Source: a virus (lineage: Duplodnaviria; Caudoviricetes). From it: a stretch of 64,000 bases of DNA. Position 1 is the first letter of the stretch; each line of letters opens with the position of its first letter. Below are positions 9,556 to 20,613 of this stretch, piece by piece. The stretch is from the IMG/VR virus record IMGVR_UViG_3300037851_000141, positions 128,001-192,000 of that record; one strand, written 5' to 3'. The notes below the pieces were generated by a model. It saw only the letters and a list, made by a program, of their open reading frames with translations, searched no databases and was not told where the DNA came from. A program made the translations under genes and the position numbers.

Positions 9556-11466
9556 ATGACACTTAAATCAGAAGATATTAAGATTTTATCAGATCGGGAC
9601 CATTGCCTTAAGCGTCCCGAGATATGGATTGGTTCAACTCGTATAGAAAAGCGAGAATTTTGGTTTATAGAAAATGGTCAATTGAATAAAGAAGAACTTG
9701 ACTATATTCCAGGTCAGTATAAGCTTTTTTGTGAGATTCTTGATAACGCTATTGATGAACATATAAGAGGTCATGGCGATAAGATAAAAGTCCATTATGA
9801 TATGACCACTGGATTCATTACGATAAAAGATAATGCTCGCGGAATCCCTATTGATGTACATAAAGAGGCTAAGGTACATACGCCACAGGTTGTTTTCGCT
9901 CAATTACGGTCTGGAAGCAATTTCAACGATCAAGATGGAAGAACGACAGTAGGTATGAATGGTGTTGGTGCGTCTCTTTGTACTATATTCTCTGAAAAAC
10001 TGATTATTGAAATCCATCGTGATAATAAGGTATATAAGCAAGTATTTTCAGATAACATGGATAAGATAGGCAAACCATCAATTACAGACGGAAAATCAAA
10101 GTCAACGGGAACCGCAGTATCATTTAAGTTGGATGATAAGATTTTCAAGATTCCATTATCACCTAAACTAATACGGAAGCGTTGTCAAGAACTATCATAC
10201 GCCTTCCCTAAACTTGAAATCCACTTTATATTGATTGAAGATTTGGGTCAGGAAGCAAAAGAAATATATAAAGGGAATGATTTTGAGTCATTGGCTAAAA
10301 TGGTTTCTGATGAATATAGAATAGTTGACGAAAAGAAGTTTAAGATGGCTATTTGTTTCAACACAAAGACTGAGAATTTTGAGCATATAAGCAATGTAAA
10401 TGGTGCTGATACTTGGCGTGGCGGAACACACGTTGATTATTTCAGGGAGTTATTTTGCTCTGATATTCAAGAAAAGATAAGAAAAGAGAATAAAATTGAA
10501 GTCTCTCCATCAGATGTTGCTAAGAATCTTTTTATAATCTTATTTACAACTTGGAATGCGCCTACCTTTGAAGGTCAGACTAAAGAGAAGTTGGTTAATG
10601 ATAAAAAAGAGATTTCTACGTTCTATGATGAATTCTTTTCAAGTCGTAAAGTAACATCAATAACATCAGATTTACCGAAAATAAAACAACAAACAGTGGA
10701 TGATGTAACTGCTAAAAACGATAAGAAACTACTCTCTGAACTAAAGAAAACTCAGAAAGCCCTTGATCGTAAACGCATACCTAAACTTATTGAATGTTCA
10801 TCTCGTCAACGTCAGGAATGTAGCATTTATATAACGGAAGGTGACTCAGCTATATCAAACTTGGCTACTGTCAGAAATGCTAAGACTATGGCTGGACTGC
10901 CTTTACGTGGTAAAATATTAAATGTTCATGAAATTTCTCCAAAGGACGCTCTTGAAAATAAAGAACTTCAAGCAATCATGGCATCTATAGGTCTAAAGTT
11001 TGGCGAAGATTGCTTTAACCGGAATAATAAAGGTATCGTAACCAGCAGCAATTTATCATATGGAAGAATCATTATTGCAACTGACCAAGATATGGATGGT
11101 TATTGTATTCGTAGTTTGATGGTCAATTTCTTCTATAAGTTCTGGCCAGAGTTGTTTACTGAGGGGATTATTCATATTCTCGAATGTCCTTTGTATGAAG
11201 TTATAGAAAAGAAATCATCTGATATACATTATTTCTATGATAAGGTTGAATACGAAGACTTTATGAAAAATAAGAAATCAGCAAGTTATGAAGTTTCTTA
11301 TTTTAAGGGTCTTGGATCTTGCGGTAAAGAGGCTTGGAATTACATGATAAATGAAAAGCCAAACCTTATTAAACTTACACTGAATGATGTTCAAGCCGCT
11401 AAAAATATTCTTCAGATGGCATTTGGTGATGATCCTGATGCCCGTAAAAAATGGATTGCTAATTGA
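9556..11466 (+). CDS. 39: Type II topoisomerase large subunit (gp39+60/GyrB-like)
   Basis: EILDNAIDE, GMNGVGASL, TEGDSA, PLRGKILN, TDQDMDG, YFKGLG. Confidence 0.95.
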   Translation: MTLKSEDIKILSDRDHCLKRPEIWIGSTRIEKREFWFIENGQLNKEELDYIPGQYKLFCEILDNAIDEHIRGHGDKIKVHYDMTTGFITIKDNARGIPIDVHKEAKVHTPQVVFAQLRSGSNFNDQDGRTTVGMNGVGASLCTIFSEKLIIEIHRDNKVYKQVFSDNMDKIGKPSITDGKSKSTGTAVSFKLDDKIFKIPLSPKLIRKRCQELSYAFPKLEIHFILIEDLGQEAKEIYKGNDFESLAKMVSDEYRIVDEKKFKMAICFNTKTENFEHISNVNGADTWRGGTHVDYFRELFCSDIQEKIRKENKIEVSPSDVAKNLFIILFTTWNAPTFEGQTKEKLVNDKKEISTFYDEFFSSRKVTSITSDLPKIKQQTVDDVTAKNDKKLLSELKKTQKALDRKRIPKLIECSSRQRQECSIYITEGDSAISNLATVRNAKTMAGLPLRGKILNVHEISPKDALENKELQAIMASIGLKFGEDCFNRNNKGIVTSSNLSYGRIIIATDQDMDGYCIRSLMVNFFYKFWPELFTEGIIHILECPLYEVIEKKSSDIHYFYDKVEYEDFMKNKKSASYEVSYFKGLGSCGKEAWNYMINEKPNLIKLTLNDVQAAKNILQMAFGDDPDARKKWIAN

Positions 11467-11500
11467 AACCCGGTTTGTATAATATTGCCAGGAGAATAAC

Positions 11501-12259
11501 ATGAAGGGTTTATTTAAGGATCAAGCAGCAGTAAAATCATTTATATCACCAATGAAAGATTTTGCTGCTTTGATGGGTGATAGTGGAATCGTTATCAATT
11601 TTGGGACTAAAACATCAGATAATAAAGTTCCAGTATCAATTACGGCTCTGAATCAAGCTGCTGGAGTTGTTATATTAGCGTCATTCAAGGACTTATTTGA
11701 CGATTTCACGTTTGATTCAGATAGCGGGTGTAAGATTGGTGTTGTGAAGGTATCAGAGTTTGTAAATCTTTTTAGTTTATTTTCTGATGCTGAACTTGCT
11801 GTAGACTTTGATGAAACGACTAAGAGTTTATCATTATCTCAAGGTAAATCAAAAGTAACTTATCAGACAGCAGATCCAGACCTTATTAAACAGTTTACCA
11901 AATCATTCAATTCAACAAAATGGATAGCGTCGTTTGTATTAGACGAGTCATTCAAGAAATTCAATAGAGCAATGAGCGTATTAGGTAATGAAGAGTGTAT
12001 ATTAATAGAAGGTAATACTGAAACCGCCAAAGTATCATTAACTATCAAGAATAAAACGGTATCAATAAATAGTTATACACTTGAAGTAGATGCTCAAATA
12101 ACAGAGAACTTCAACATATTTTTCAGAAAAGACGCTATACAAAAAGTGTTCAATTCTGGATTTGATTCCATGAAGATGTCAATTGGTGAGAGAATTTGTG
12201 ATATAGAATGCTCAAACCAACATTGTGTCGCTAATTACTACTTGGCCAAGATGCTATAA
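11501..12259 (+). CDS. 45: Sliding clamp (gp45-like)
   Basis: Clamp-sized protein with YQTADPDLI and C-terminal YYLA, directly upstream of the clamp loader. Confidence 0.7.
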   Translation: MKGLFKDQAAVKSFISPMKDFAALMGDSGIVINFGTKTSDNKVPVSITALNQAAGVVILASFKDLFDDFTFDSDSGCKIGVVKVSEFVNLFSLFSDAELAVDFDETTKSLSLSQGKSKVTYQTADPDLIKQFTKSFNSTKWIASFVLDESFKKFNRAMSVLGNEECILIEGNTETAKVSLTIKNKTVSINSYTLEVDAQITENFNIFFRKDAIQKVFNSGFDSMKMSIGERICDIECSNQHCVANYYLAKML

Positions 12260-12267
12260 GGAAACAC

Positions 12268-13188
12268 ATGGAAGATATCAATTATCCTTGGGTTGAAGAA
12301 TTTAGACCAACAAAGATTGAAGACGTTATTGGTGCTTCATCTTTGGTTGATAAAATGAATGAGTATATACAGAATAAATCATTACCACATTTATTATTGC
12401 TTGGTACTCCTGGGGTCGGTAAAACCACTATTGCTAAGATTCTCGCTCAAAACATTGCTGGAGACGAATATCTGTATATAAATGCCTCTGATGAACGCGG
12501 CATGGATACTATTAGAACAAAGGTCCAAGATTTCTGTTCAATGGCGTCAATGGCTGAGTTGAAGATAGTAATATTGGATGAAGCTGATGGATTGACTCAA
12601 GATGCTCAAAAAATACTAAGAGCCGTTACAGAACAATATGCTAAATCTTGTCGGTTTATATTGACTGCTAATTATGAGAATCGCATCCTTGATCCAGTAA
12701 AATCAAGATTCCAGATATTTAGATTCCAAAGCGCAGGCAAACAAGATATAGCTAAACGCTGCTGCCAAATACTAATGAAAAAAGGTATCAAGATAACAGA
12801 GCAAATTAAGACCGATATAATAAAATTGGTTAAGACATTCTATCCTGATATAAGGTCAACTATAAATAATTTACAAAAATGTACTAAAGGTCAAGAATTC
12901 TCATTTATTGAGGTTGATGATAGAATTGAAACAAATAAGAAACTAATAGAATATCTCAAGGCCAGGAAGATTCGTCAAATAAGAGAAGAAATACTATCAA
13001 ACGCAACAGATTATGATAGTTTATATAATGCCATTTATCAGAATGTTAAAGAATTGTCTGATGATGCCGATAAGTGCGCTGCTATAATTGTTTATTTGGC
13101 TGGTTATCAATATCAAAATCTTACACATGTCAACAGAGAACTTAATTTTGTTGCTTGTTTACTTGAGATTCAGGATAAGTTGAAATAG
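12268..13188 (+). CDS. 44: Clamp loader large subunit (gp44/RFC-like)
   Basis: WVEEFRP, GTPGVGKTT, INASDERG, ILDEAD, SRF motifs. Confidence 0.93.
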   Translation: MEDINYPWVEEFRPTKIEDVIGASSLVDKMNEYIQNKSLPHLLLLGTPGVGKTTIAKILAQNIAGDEYLYINASDERGMDTIRTKVQDFCSMASMAELKIVILDEADGLTQDAQKILRAVTEQYAKSCRFILTANYENRILDPVKSRFQIFRFQSAGKQDIAKRCCQILMKKGIKITEQIKTDIIKLVKTFYPDIRSTINNLQKCTKGQEFSFIEVDDRIETNKKLIEYLKARKIRQIREEILSNATDYDSLYNAIYQNVKELSDDADKCAAIIVYLAGYQYQNLTHVNRELNFVACLLEIQDKLK

Positions 13189-13269
13189 GAAACAAATGTG
13201 GAGTCAAGTTATTATTTTAGAGACTTTGGTATAATAGATAAGATAAAAATACTCATTAGGAGTTTTATA

Positions 13270-14193
13270 ATGAATAAACAAACTTTTTTAGCTGTAATAG
13301 ATACAACTGAAGAACGTAGACCAATTACCGTACCAAAAGGAATCATCAATACATATATCGTAAAAGCTGTTGATGAAAATCACGCTCGCCAGATTATTTT
13401 ACGAACAATGATACCTCAAATTGCTAATCAATTGGTTAACCATGTGTATGTATATCCAATTCAACCTATTCTTGATTCTATTGATTATGCTGATGAATCT
13501 GGTAAAACTCTCCCAATGTATTCATTCATGCCACTAAATGGAACTCGACCACCTAAAGTTCTTTTATTACCAGATATGAGAAAACAAGATCAATCAATAT
13601 CTGAATCAAATCAAAAAGAACCAATTAAAGAAACTCAACAAACGGTAATACATAAAAGCACAGTTATACCTCCCGTTGTCCAGCCAAGAAACGTTAGACA
13701 AGTCCGATCAGTCGATTTTCAGCGCCCAGAGTATGAAAATCCGCCAACTACTTCAAACACTCTTACACCAGAGCAAGCACAAATTATCCATTCTATGGGA
13801 GCTTTACCGCTTGCTAATGGCGCAGATGAAGGAGCTAATCCTCGAATTAACTCGTCTATAGGAAGAAACGCTAATCTTTCAAGACCTCAAGTAACCAAGG
13901 GTCCAACTGATTCTTTAACGCCAGAACAAGCTGCTTTACTTCGTTCAGTTGGAGTAAATGAGACTCAACCAATATTAGTAGAAGAAAAAGTCGTATATTC
14001 TACAGAAGGACAGCTTGTAGAACCAGATCCAGAATTGTCTCAGATTCCAAGAGATTCTGGAGTTGATCTTAATGCTCTCCAAGCTGAATATCGTGAAATG
14101 GTTGAAAAAACAGGAATAGAAGTACCAGACTCAAAGCCTATAACACAAATTGAACCAACTAAACCCACCCGTTCATCAAAGAAAGGTAAATAA
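13270..14193 (+). CDS. Hypothetical protein with low-complexity C-terminal half and duplicated LTPEQA motif
   Basis: AGGAG RBS favours ATG 13270 over the GTG at 13198; no family recognised. Confidence 0.75.
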   Translation: MNKQTFLAVIDTTEERRPITVPKGIINTYIVKAVDENHARQIILRTMIPQIANQLVNHVYVYPIQPILDSIDYADESGKTLPMYSFMPLNGTRPPKVLLLPDMRKQDQSISESNQKEPIKETQQTVIHKSTVIPPVVQPRNVRQVRSVDFQRPEYENPPTTSNTLTPEQAQIIHSMGALPLANGADEGANPRINSSIGRNANLSRPQVTKGPTDSLTPEQAALLRSVGVNETQPILVEEKVVYSTEGQLVEPDPELSQIPRDSGVDLNALQAEYREMVEKTGIEVPDSKPITQIEPTKPTRSSKKGK

Positions 14194-14573
14194 TGACTGC
14201 CAGCGCCTTCCGTAAAGCCCCAAAAGAGAAAAATCTAACTAATAAGATGATGCGCCAAAAAATGGAAGAATTGGCGCAACTTATGATAGCACTTGAAACA
14301 ACTCTTATGGAATGGGAAATGTGGTATCGTCTCGTTCCAGATATTAAAGCCGGTATGACTGAATCAGAATATGCTGCTTTCCTTGCCGATGGTCCTATTT
14401 TTAGTGAGATTCCAGAAAAAATCATGATTAGTATTCGCAATCAAATGCCAAAGCGCGAACCAGTTAAACCAGAAGAAAAGAAACCAGTATTGTTTGATGG
14501 TAAAGGAAATGTTGCGAGTGTTGATGATAAGCCCATTCTACAGGATTCTTCTGGCAATATTATAAACAAGTGA
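14193..14573 (+). CDS. Hypothetical protein
   Basis: Coupled ORF (TAATG overlap). Confidence 0.7.
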   Translation: MTASAFRKAPKEKNLTNKMMRQKMEELAQLMIALETTLMEWEMWYRLVPDIKAGMTESEYAAFLADGPIFSEIPEKIMISIRNQMPKREPVKPEEKKPVLFDGKGNVASVDDKPILQDSSGNIINK

Positions 14574-14588
14574 TATAATATACGTATC

Positions 14589-15119
14589 ATGGTTAATAAA
14601 AATAATGAATTGAAACAACTTGATATACTGGCTGCCGCTAAAGGCAAAGATGGGTTTATTGAGTTGGAAGAAGAAATTAAAGAACAAAAAACAAAAATAA
14701 CAATCTTTGATTTTGTCACTGATATTCGTAAAAGTAAAAAAATGGATATGTTGGATAAAGAAGATAATTTACCAATATGGAATTCTTATATGATTTTACA
14801 GGCACTCTCAATGAAAGAGGGTGATGTATTTTTATGTAACCTATTAAATAAATATTCTGGTATGTTATCTAAGCAACAAATGTATCAGGCTTTAACGTAT
14901 ATCATACCAAGGGATCATAATTTTCATCGTTGGATTAAGAAAACCAATGTTGTACCAAATGAAAATTGTGAGTTTGTGTCTCGTTACTTTGAGTGTTCCT
15001 TAAATGAAGCAGAAGAATATATCAAAGTAATGGGAATGGATTGGTCTGAACAAATAAAAAATAAATTTGGTGGTGAAGTCAGCCGCCATATATCTAAGCC
15101 AAGAAAGGGCAAATTATGA
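14589..15119 (+). CDS. 62: Clamp loader small subunit (gp62-like)
   Basis: IFDFVTDI..WNSYMILQALS..RWIKK..YFECSLNEAEEY pattern; upstream of regA. Confidence 0.8.
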   Translation: MVNKNNELKQLDILAAAKGKDGFIELEEEIKEQKTKITIFDFVTDIRKSKKMDMLDKEDNLPIWNSYMILQALSMKEGDVFLCNLLNKYSGMLSKQQMYQALTYIIPRDHNFHRWIKKTNVVPNENCEFVSRYFECSLNEAEEYIKVMGMDWSEQIKNKFGGEVSRHISKPRKGKL

Positions 15120-15508
15120 CTATGAATATCGGAATTCCGGTTCGTCTTAAGGTAGATTTCTCCGTTGTGAGAGAAACCCTTGAACGAGTAGGTATAAAAA
15201 ACATCAATAAAAAGGAATTCTACCCTTCTTGTTATTGCGTGGAAACTGCTACCGATGGAATATATAGAATAGTCCACTTTAAAGAGCTATTCCCTCTCTT
15301 TAATCGTGAGTCAACTTATAATTCAGTCGATACTTTGCGCCTAAAAACCATTGTTCAACTTTTGGCCCATTGGAATCTTGTTGAACCCCAAGTTGAAATA
15401 GATGAAATTATGTCTGAAAAGGTGGCAGTCTTAAAACACCAAGAGAAAAAAGACTATAATATCATCCATAAATTTAAGTTCTCAAAGAAAATAGTGCTGG
15501 AATCTTGA
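15116..15508 (+). CDS. regA: Translational repressor RegA
   Basis: VRETLERVGI, YPSCY, YRIVHFKELF, LLAHWNLV motifs. Confidence 0.9.
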   Translation: MTMNIGIPVRLKVDFSVVRETLERVGIKNINKKEFYPSCYCVETATDGIYRIVHFKELFPLFNRESTYNSVDTLRLKTIVQLLAHWNLVEPQVEIDEIMSEKVAVLKHQEKKDYNIIHKFKFSKKIVLES

Positions 15509-15532
15509 AAACGACATAGTATAATATGGGCT

Positions 15533-16606
15533 ATGAAATTTCCGGCCCACGTTATACATTCGATATTCTTTGAGATAATCGAAAAGGCAGCAACGGTCAG
15601 GAAGGCATCTGGTAAAACAGTCCTTCGTGGCCGTTGTCCTATTTGTGGCGATAGTAAAAATAAATATAAAACCCGATTCTACTGTCTTGAAAATCAAAAT
15701 CATTGGGTTGTTTATTGTCATAATTGCGGATATGAAAAAAGTTTCTTAGGCTTCCTTCAAGAGAATTATCCAGAAAAAGCGGATGGATTATCTTTACAAT
15801 GCTTCGAGATGATAAAATCTGGACAGGCTTTTTCTAAACGTTCATATGATAAAGAAGAAGTAAAAATAAAACCAAATCAAAAAATACATGATTATTTAAC
15901 TAAATTCTTTAATGAGAAATGTATAAAGTTAACGGAACCTCAGATAGAACCAAATAAAGAAAAATTTAGGTTATATGCTCTCAAGAAGATGAAAGATAGA
16001 CATATACCACAATTCTATATAAATCAGTTTTTCTTTTGTTATAAAGGTCTGTATAATTGGCGAGTGATTATCCCTTTTATTGATTCTCAGGGGCTTTATT
16101 ATAACTTTCAAGCCAGAGACATACACCCAAATCCAGATATATATAGAAAAAATAAAAAGTATATATTTGCTTCGTTTAAGGACATTGATTTACCAAGTGA
16201 TAAAATATATAGACAGCATCAAGTTGTAAAATCAAGGCCAGTCTATATTTGTGAAGGTATAATCGACTGCATGCACATTGAAAATGCTATAGCTCTGTGT
16301 AATGCCAATGTAACCGGAGATAAATCAGATTTTATAAGAAAAGAATATCCTCAGAGGGTTTGGATTCTTGATAGTCCTTGGCGTGATCAAACTGGATATG
16401 AAAGAACTCTCAAACTCCTTGAAATGGGAGAACGTTGTTTTATTGTTCCTCAAAAGGTTAATAATAAAGATGTAAAAGACATAAATGATATTGCTATTGC
16501 CACAGATCAGGATATAATATTACACGATTTCATTGAGCAAAATACTATTCAAGGTATGGTCGCTCTTATGAAATTGAAGACCTATAAAATTGGAAAGAAA
16601 GCATGA
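15533..16606 (+). CDS. 61: DNA primase (gp61-like)
   Basis: Zn ribbon RCPICGDS..YCHNCG; TOPRIM YICEGIID and DIND. Confidence 0.92.
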   Translation: MKFPAHVIHSIFFEIIEKAATVRKASGKTVLRGRCPICGDSKNKYKTRFYCLENQNHWVVYCHNCGYEKSFLGFLQENYPEKADGLSLQCFEMIKSGQAFSKRSYDKEEVKIKPNQKIHDYLTKFFNEKCIKLTEPQIEPNKEKFRLYALKKMKDRHIPQFYINQFFFCYKGLYNWRVIIPFIDSQGLYYNFQARDIHPNPDIYRKNKKYIFASFKDIDLPSDKIYRQHQVVKSRPVYICEGIIDCMHIENAIALCNANVTGDKSDFIRKEYPQRVWILDSPWRDQTGYERTLKLLEMGERCFIVPQKVNNKDVKDINDIAIATDQDIILHDFIEQNTIQGMVALMKLKTYKIGKKA

Positions 16607-17910
16607 GAACTTTAAGTATAGAACAACTGATAAATACGCAATATAAGAAATATTCCTTATATACGGTTGAATCCAGAGCTATTCCTTATATTACAGATGG
16701 TCTAAAGCCGGTTATGCGTCGTTCTTTATGGATTGGAACTAAATTGGCTAAAGATTGGGTTAAAGTCACCAAACTGGCTGGAGCTACCCTGTCCCTGCAT
16801 CCTCATGGTTCAACTTCGGTCGAGGACGCAATTTCAAGTAATGCTCAAAGATTTTCTGGTGCCAATAATGTTTGCTGGTTTAATGGAAAAGGGGCCTTCG
16901 GATCAAAAATTGTAGGTCCAGGCAATGGAATAGGTGCTGCTCGTTATGTTTCAGTAAAGCTATCAGATCACTTTTATAAGATTATGGATGTTGATCATGA
17001 TTTGATAGAACTTCAAGCAAACTATGATGATACTGAACAAGAACCTAAATCATTTTTACCATTAGTTCCAACTGTTTTACTAAATCCAGTTCAAGGTATT
17101 GCTGTTGGTTTCGCGTGTAATATTCTACCTCGTAAATTGGAAGATATAATACATTGTCAAATACAGCATATACAAGGTAAAGACTTCAGAGAACCAAAAG
17201 TATTCTTTGATGGGTTTAAGGGTAAAGTTGAAAAATTAGAACATAATACTTGGAAGGTCACGGGAGTATTTGAGAAAAAGGGCAACCAACTTCATATTAC
17301 AGAATTGCCGATTGGAACCAGCAGAGAACAGTTTATAAAGATATTGGATAACCTTGAAGATAAAGAAATAGTATCATCTTTTATTGATGGATGTACTGAT
17401 GAGTTTGACTTTATTGTAAACCTTAAAGTTGATCTTACAGATGATGAAATATACGAGAAATTTAAGTTATATAATACAATAAATGAAAATATAAATGTAA
17501 TAGATATAAGTGGTAAAATCAGAAATATGACAGTTTCGGAGATAATTAAAGAGTTTACTGATTATAGATTTAAGTTCTATTTGGCGAGATTTAAGAAACA
17601 GTTTCATGCTTTACGCGCCGAATTTGAGTTTGAAAAGGACTTATTAAGAGTTATACAGAAGGGATTATTCAAGAAATTCCCAAATCTTAAAAAGGCAGAA
17701 ATACATCAACTATTATTAGAGAATGAAATCAAAGAAGAAAATATACCAAAAATAATACAAACTCCAATATATAAATTCGGTAAAGATGAGATAGAAAAGA
17801 TAATAAATACATTAAAAGAACTAAAGATAAAATTGGAGAATCTGATAAAATTGTGTAAGAACGAAGATTTAAGAAAAGATGAATATATAAAAGAACTAAA
17901 AGGAATCTAA
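16603..17910 (+). CDS. 52: Type II topoisomerase medium subunit (gp52/GyrA-like)
   Basis: DGLKPVMRR, HPHGSTS, GAARY catalytic Tyr. Confidence 0.93.
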   Translation: MRTLSIEQLINTQYKKYSLYTVESRAIPYITDGLKPVMRRSLWIGTKLAKDWVKVTKLAGATLSLHPHGSTSVEDAISSNAQRFSGANNVCWFNGKGAFGSKIVGPGNGIGAARYVSVKLSDHFYKIMDVDHDLIELQANYDDTEQEPKSFLPLVPTVLLNPVQGIAVGFACNILPRKLEDIIHCQIQHIQGKDFREPKVFFDGFKGKVEKLEHNTWKVTGVFEKKGNQLHITELPIGTSREQFIKILDNLEDKEIVSSFIDGCTDEFDFIVNLKVDLTDDEIYEKFKLYNTINENINVIDISGKIRNMTVSEIIKEFTDYRFKFYLARFKKQFHALRAEFEFEKDLLRVIQKGLFKKFPNLKKAEIHQLLLENEIKEENIPKIIQTPIYKFGKDEIEKIINTLKELKIKLENLIKLCKNEDLRKDEYIKELKGI

Positions 17911-18752
17911 TGTCCACTATATTATTTGCCCAACCTGTATTTTTGCCAGATGAAAAAAGATTACAAAGAAATATAGACTCTTTATCATCGTTCTATCAAT
18001 ATATGAAAAATCAACCTGAATCTATTGGACAAAATGGACTTGTTCTGGCTATAGGTGGATGGGCTAAAACTGATGATCTTTGGAGTAGATTTTGTTCTTT
18101 CGTTAAAACAATATTTGATGGCAAACTTAATGTGCTACGCTTTGATAAAAACTATGGAAAAGCTATAGTTGTAAACACTTTGATAAAGAAAATACAAGAA
18201 CAAAATATCAAATTTGATTACATTTTTACTATGGATTCAGATATTATTTTCATTCAAGAGCAACGAAATATGTTTGTTCGGCTATTATATTCGGCTCATA
18301 AACTATCTTCAGTTAAAAAGATGCCATTTGGAATGATATCAATGAATCAGTCCGGTCAGAATTGTCACCTTCCTCATGTTTATGAAAATTCTGTAGACTT
18401 TACTGTTACAATTAATAATATTGTGTATACAGAAAAATTGGTTTGGCCAACTAATCCAAGTGGAATGGCCGGCGGGTGTTTATTCATTAGTAAAGATTAT
18501 TGGTGCAAAGTTGGTGGGTATAAAGTATTTGGGGTTTATGCTGGCGATGATGCTCATTTGTTATTGGATTGTGGGCGAATGGGATTTTCATATCAAATGT
18601 TTCACACATTAAGTATATTACATCCTATGGATAACGATGAAGAATATGCCCGGTGGAAGGTTCAAGCTTGTCAAGGAGATACAAGAACTGGATTAAAACA
18701 AAATATTGATTCTTCTATTAAAAATGCTGATGATTTTTGGGATAAACGATGA
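17910..18752 (+). CDS. GT-A fold glycosyltransferase (GT2-like)
   Basis: FTMDSDI DxD motif; KVGGY..YAGDD. Confidence 0.7.
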   Translation: MSTILFAQPVFLPDEKRLQRNIDSLSSFYQYMKNQPESIGQNGLVLAIGGWAKTDDLWSRFCSFVKTIFDGKLNVLRFDKNYGKAIVVNTLIKKIQEQNIKFDYIFTMDSDIIFIQEQRNMFVRLLYSAHKLSSVKKMPFGMISMNQSGQNCHLPHVYENSVDFTVTINNIVYTEKLVWPTNPSGMAGGCLFISKDYWCKVGGYKVFGVYAGDDAHLLLDCGRMGFSYQMFHTLSILHPMDNDEEYARWKVQACQGDTRTGLKQNIDSSIKNADDFWDKR

Positions 18753-19855
18753 ATGTATTTTGTAATCCTACGGTGATTTTAATATATGGTATGCCCGGTA
18801 ATGGTAAATCATTTTTAGGAAACGAAATACATCAATTATCTAAAAATTCAATATTAATTCACAGTGATCTTTTATTTCATGAAGATGGTGATAGAAGAAT
18901 AATGTGGGATTTTTATAATAGTTTTCCAAATGGTAACATATATGACATAACGCTATCAAAAGAATTTACTAAATATAAGTTTTTAATGATATATAAATTG
19001 GTAAATAAAATAGAAAATATATTAGATGAGAACAAGTTTATTTCGAATATTATTATTGAAGGGTTTTCAGTTAAATATTTGATTGATTACTTAGAACTTT
19101 ATTTTAAGGAAAAAAATATTACTAAAGTATTGAAGTTCGAGATGAAAGCTAAAGAGATATTTAACGGAGATAATACAGTTATTGCTAATACTGATAAAAA
19201 ACTCGACAGTATAAAACGACTTATAACAGATGGCAATATATTAACTAAATCAAATTACCAATCTTTTGATTTTTTAGGTGATTGTAAAAAAGATAGCAGT
19301 TCTTGTGCTAAATATGAGTGTGCTAAATTAGATGATATTTCTCTTGAAAATAAGATAGTATTGGATATTGGTTGTAATGCTGGGTATTTTATTTATCGAT
19401 TACTTAATAAAAATCCCGAGAAAGTTATTGGATTGGATAATAGTGGGCATTATTGTTCAATAGCATATGAAATCAATAAGACTTATTTTGATTCTAATAA
19501 AGTTTTAATAATAAATGATTCTCTATTTAATATAAACGAAAGAGTTCATTTCATTTTATGTACATCAACTTTACATTATTTTGTTGATCAGCAGCAGAAT
19601 TTTTTCGATAAATGTTTTGACCTTCTTTATGATAATGGTCATTTGTTGGTTGAAGTTGAAGAATATGACCATAATGAAATGCCAGAAATTATAAAAAAGA
19701 GTAGAAATAATAGTCTTAGTTTTCTTGACTATCCCAATGAAAAAATGGTTCTTGAAATGATTAAAAATAAGTTTATAATACAAGACAAGTTTAAATCTGT
19801 ATTTCAACCGGGGCAATTTTTTGATAGGTATTTTTATTCATTGAGGCGACTATGA
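18749..19855 (+). CDS. P-loop kinase-like domain fused to a class I SAM methyltransferase
   Basis: GMPGNGKS; VLDIGCNAGYF; STLHY. Confidence 0.75.
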   Translation: MNVFCNPTVILIYGMPGNGKSFLGNEIHQLSKNSILIHSDLLFHEDGDRRIMWDFYNSFPNGNIYDITLSKEFTKYKFLMIYKLVNKIENILDENKFISNIIIEGFSVKYLIDYLELYFKEKNITKVLKFEMKAKEIFNGDNTVIANTDKKLDSIKRLITDGNILTKSNYQSFDFLGDCKKDSSSCAKYECAKLDDISLENKIVLDIGCNAGYFIYRLLNKNPEKVIGLDNSGHYCSIAYEINKTYFDSNKVLIINDSLFNINERVHFILCTSTLHYFVDQQQNFFDKCFDLLYDNGHLLVEVEEYDHNEMPEIIKKSRNNSLSFLDYPNEKMVLEMIKNKFIIQDKFKSVFQPGQFFDRYFYSLRRL

Positions 19856-20613
19856 GATTAGACTTAAAAGACTTAACATTTAATATACCAATACGATATG
19901 ACACAGAACATCGTATACAAAATATAAATTTGATTGTAGATTATATTCAATCTCATTTTGACACTAATATAATTGTAATGGAAGAATCATCGACACCAAG
20001 ATTCGATTATCTTAGGAATAAAGTTAATTATATTCATAAACATAGTAATGAACAGCATTTACATAGAACTAAATGTCTAAATGAAATGTCAAAAGTATCA
20101 AAAACTCCATATATTGCTAACTATGATGCTGATGTACTTTTTAGAGTTCAACAATACATTGACGCTATAAACATTTTAAGAAACTCTCAAGCAGATTTAG
20201 TGTTTCCGTATGCTGGCAGATTTATGGAATGTAATCGTGATCGTTTTTTCAATAGGATAAACGAATCAAAATCTGTTGAATGGATAAACGAATCAGACCT
20301 TCATTGTAATCATCCTCAATCAGTTGGTGGGGCTATTTTTTGGAATAAATCAAAATTTGTATCTATTGGAATGGAGAATGAGAATTTTAAGTCTTGGGGT
20401 TGGGAAGATGGAGAAAGATTTGTACGAGCGACAAAACTTGGACTTAGACCAGCAAGAACATTTGGAATTTTATATCATATGGACCATCAAAGATTAGCAG
20501 ATTCAACTCAAAATAATCCACATTACCAGAATAATATAAATGAATTTTCTAAAGTACAACATATGAGTCCTGCCGAATTAAATAATTATATAAAAACATG
20601 GGAGTGGCGATGA
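19852..20613 (+). CDS. Glycosyltransferase with GT7-like C-terminal domain
   Basis: NYDADV; GMENENFKSWGWEDGE. Confidence 0.8.
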   Translation: MRLDLKDLTFNIPIRYDTEHRIQNINLIVDYIQSHFDTNIIVMEESSTPRFDYLRNKVNYIHKHSNEQHLHRTKCLNEMSKVSKTPYIANYDADVLFRVQQYIDAINILRNSQADLVFPYAGRFMECNRDRFFNRINESKSVEWINESDLHCNHPQSVGGAIFWNKSKFVSIGMENENFKSWGWEDGERFVRATKLGLRPARTFGILYHMDHQRLADSTQNNPHYQNNINEFSKVQHMSPAELNNYIKTWEWR

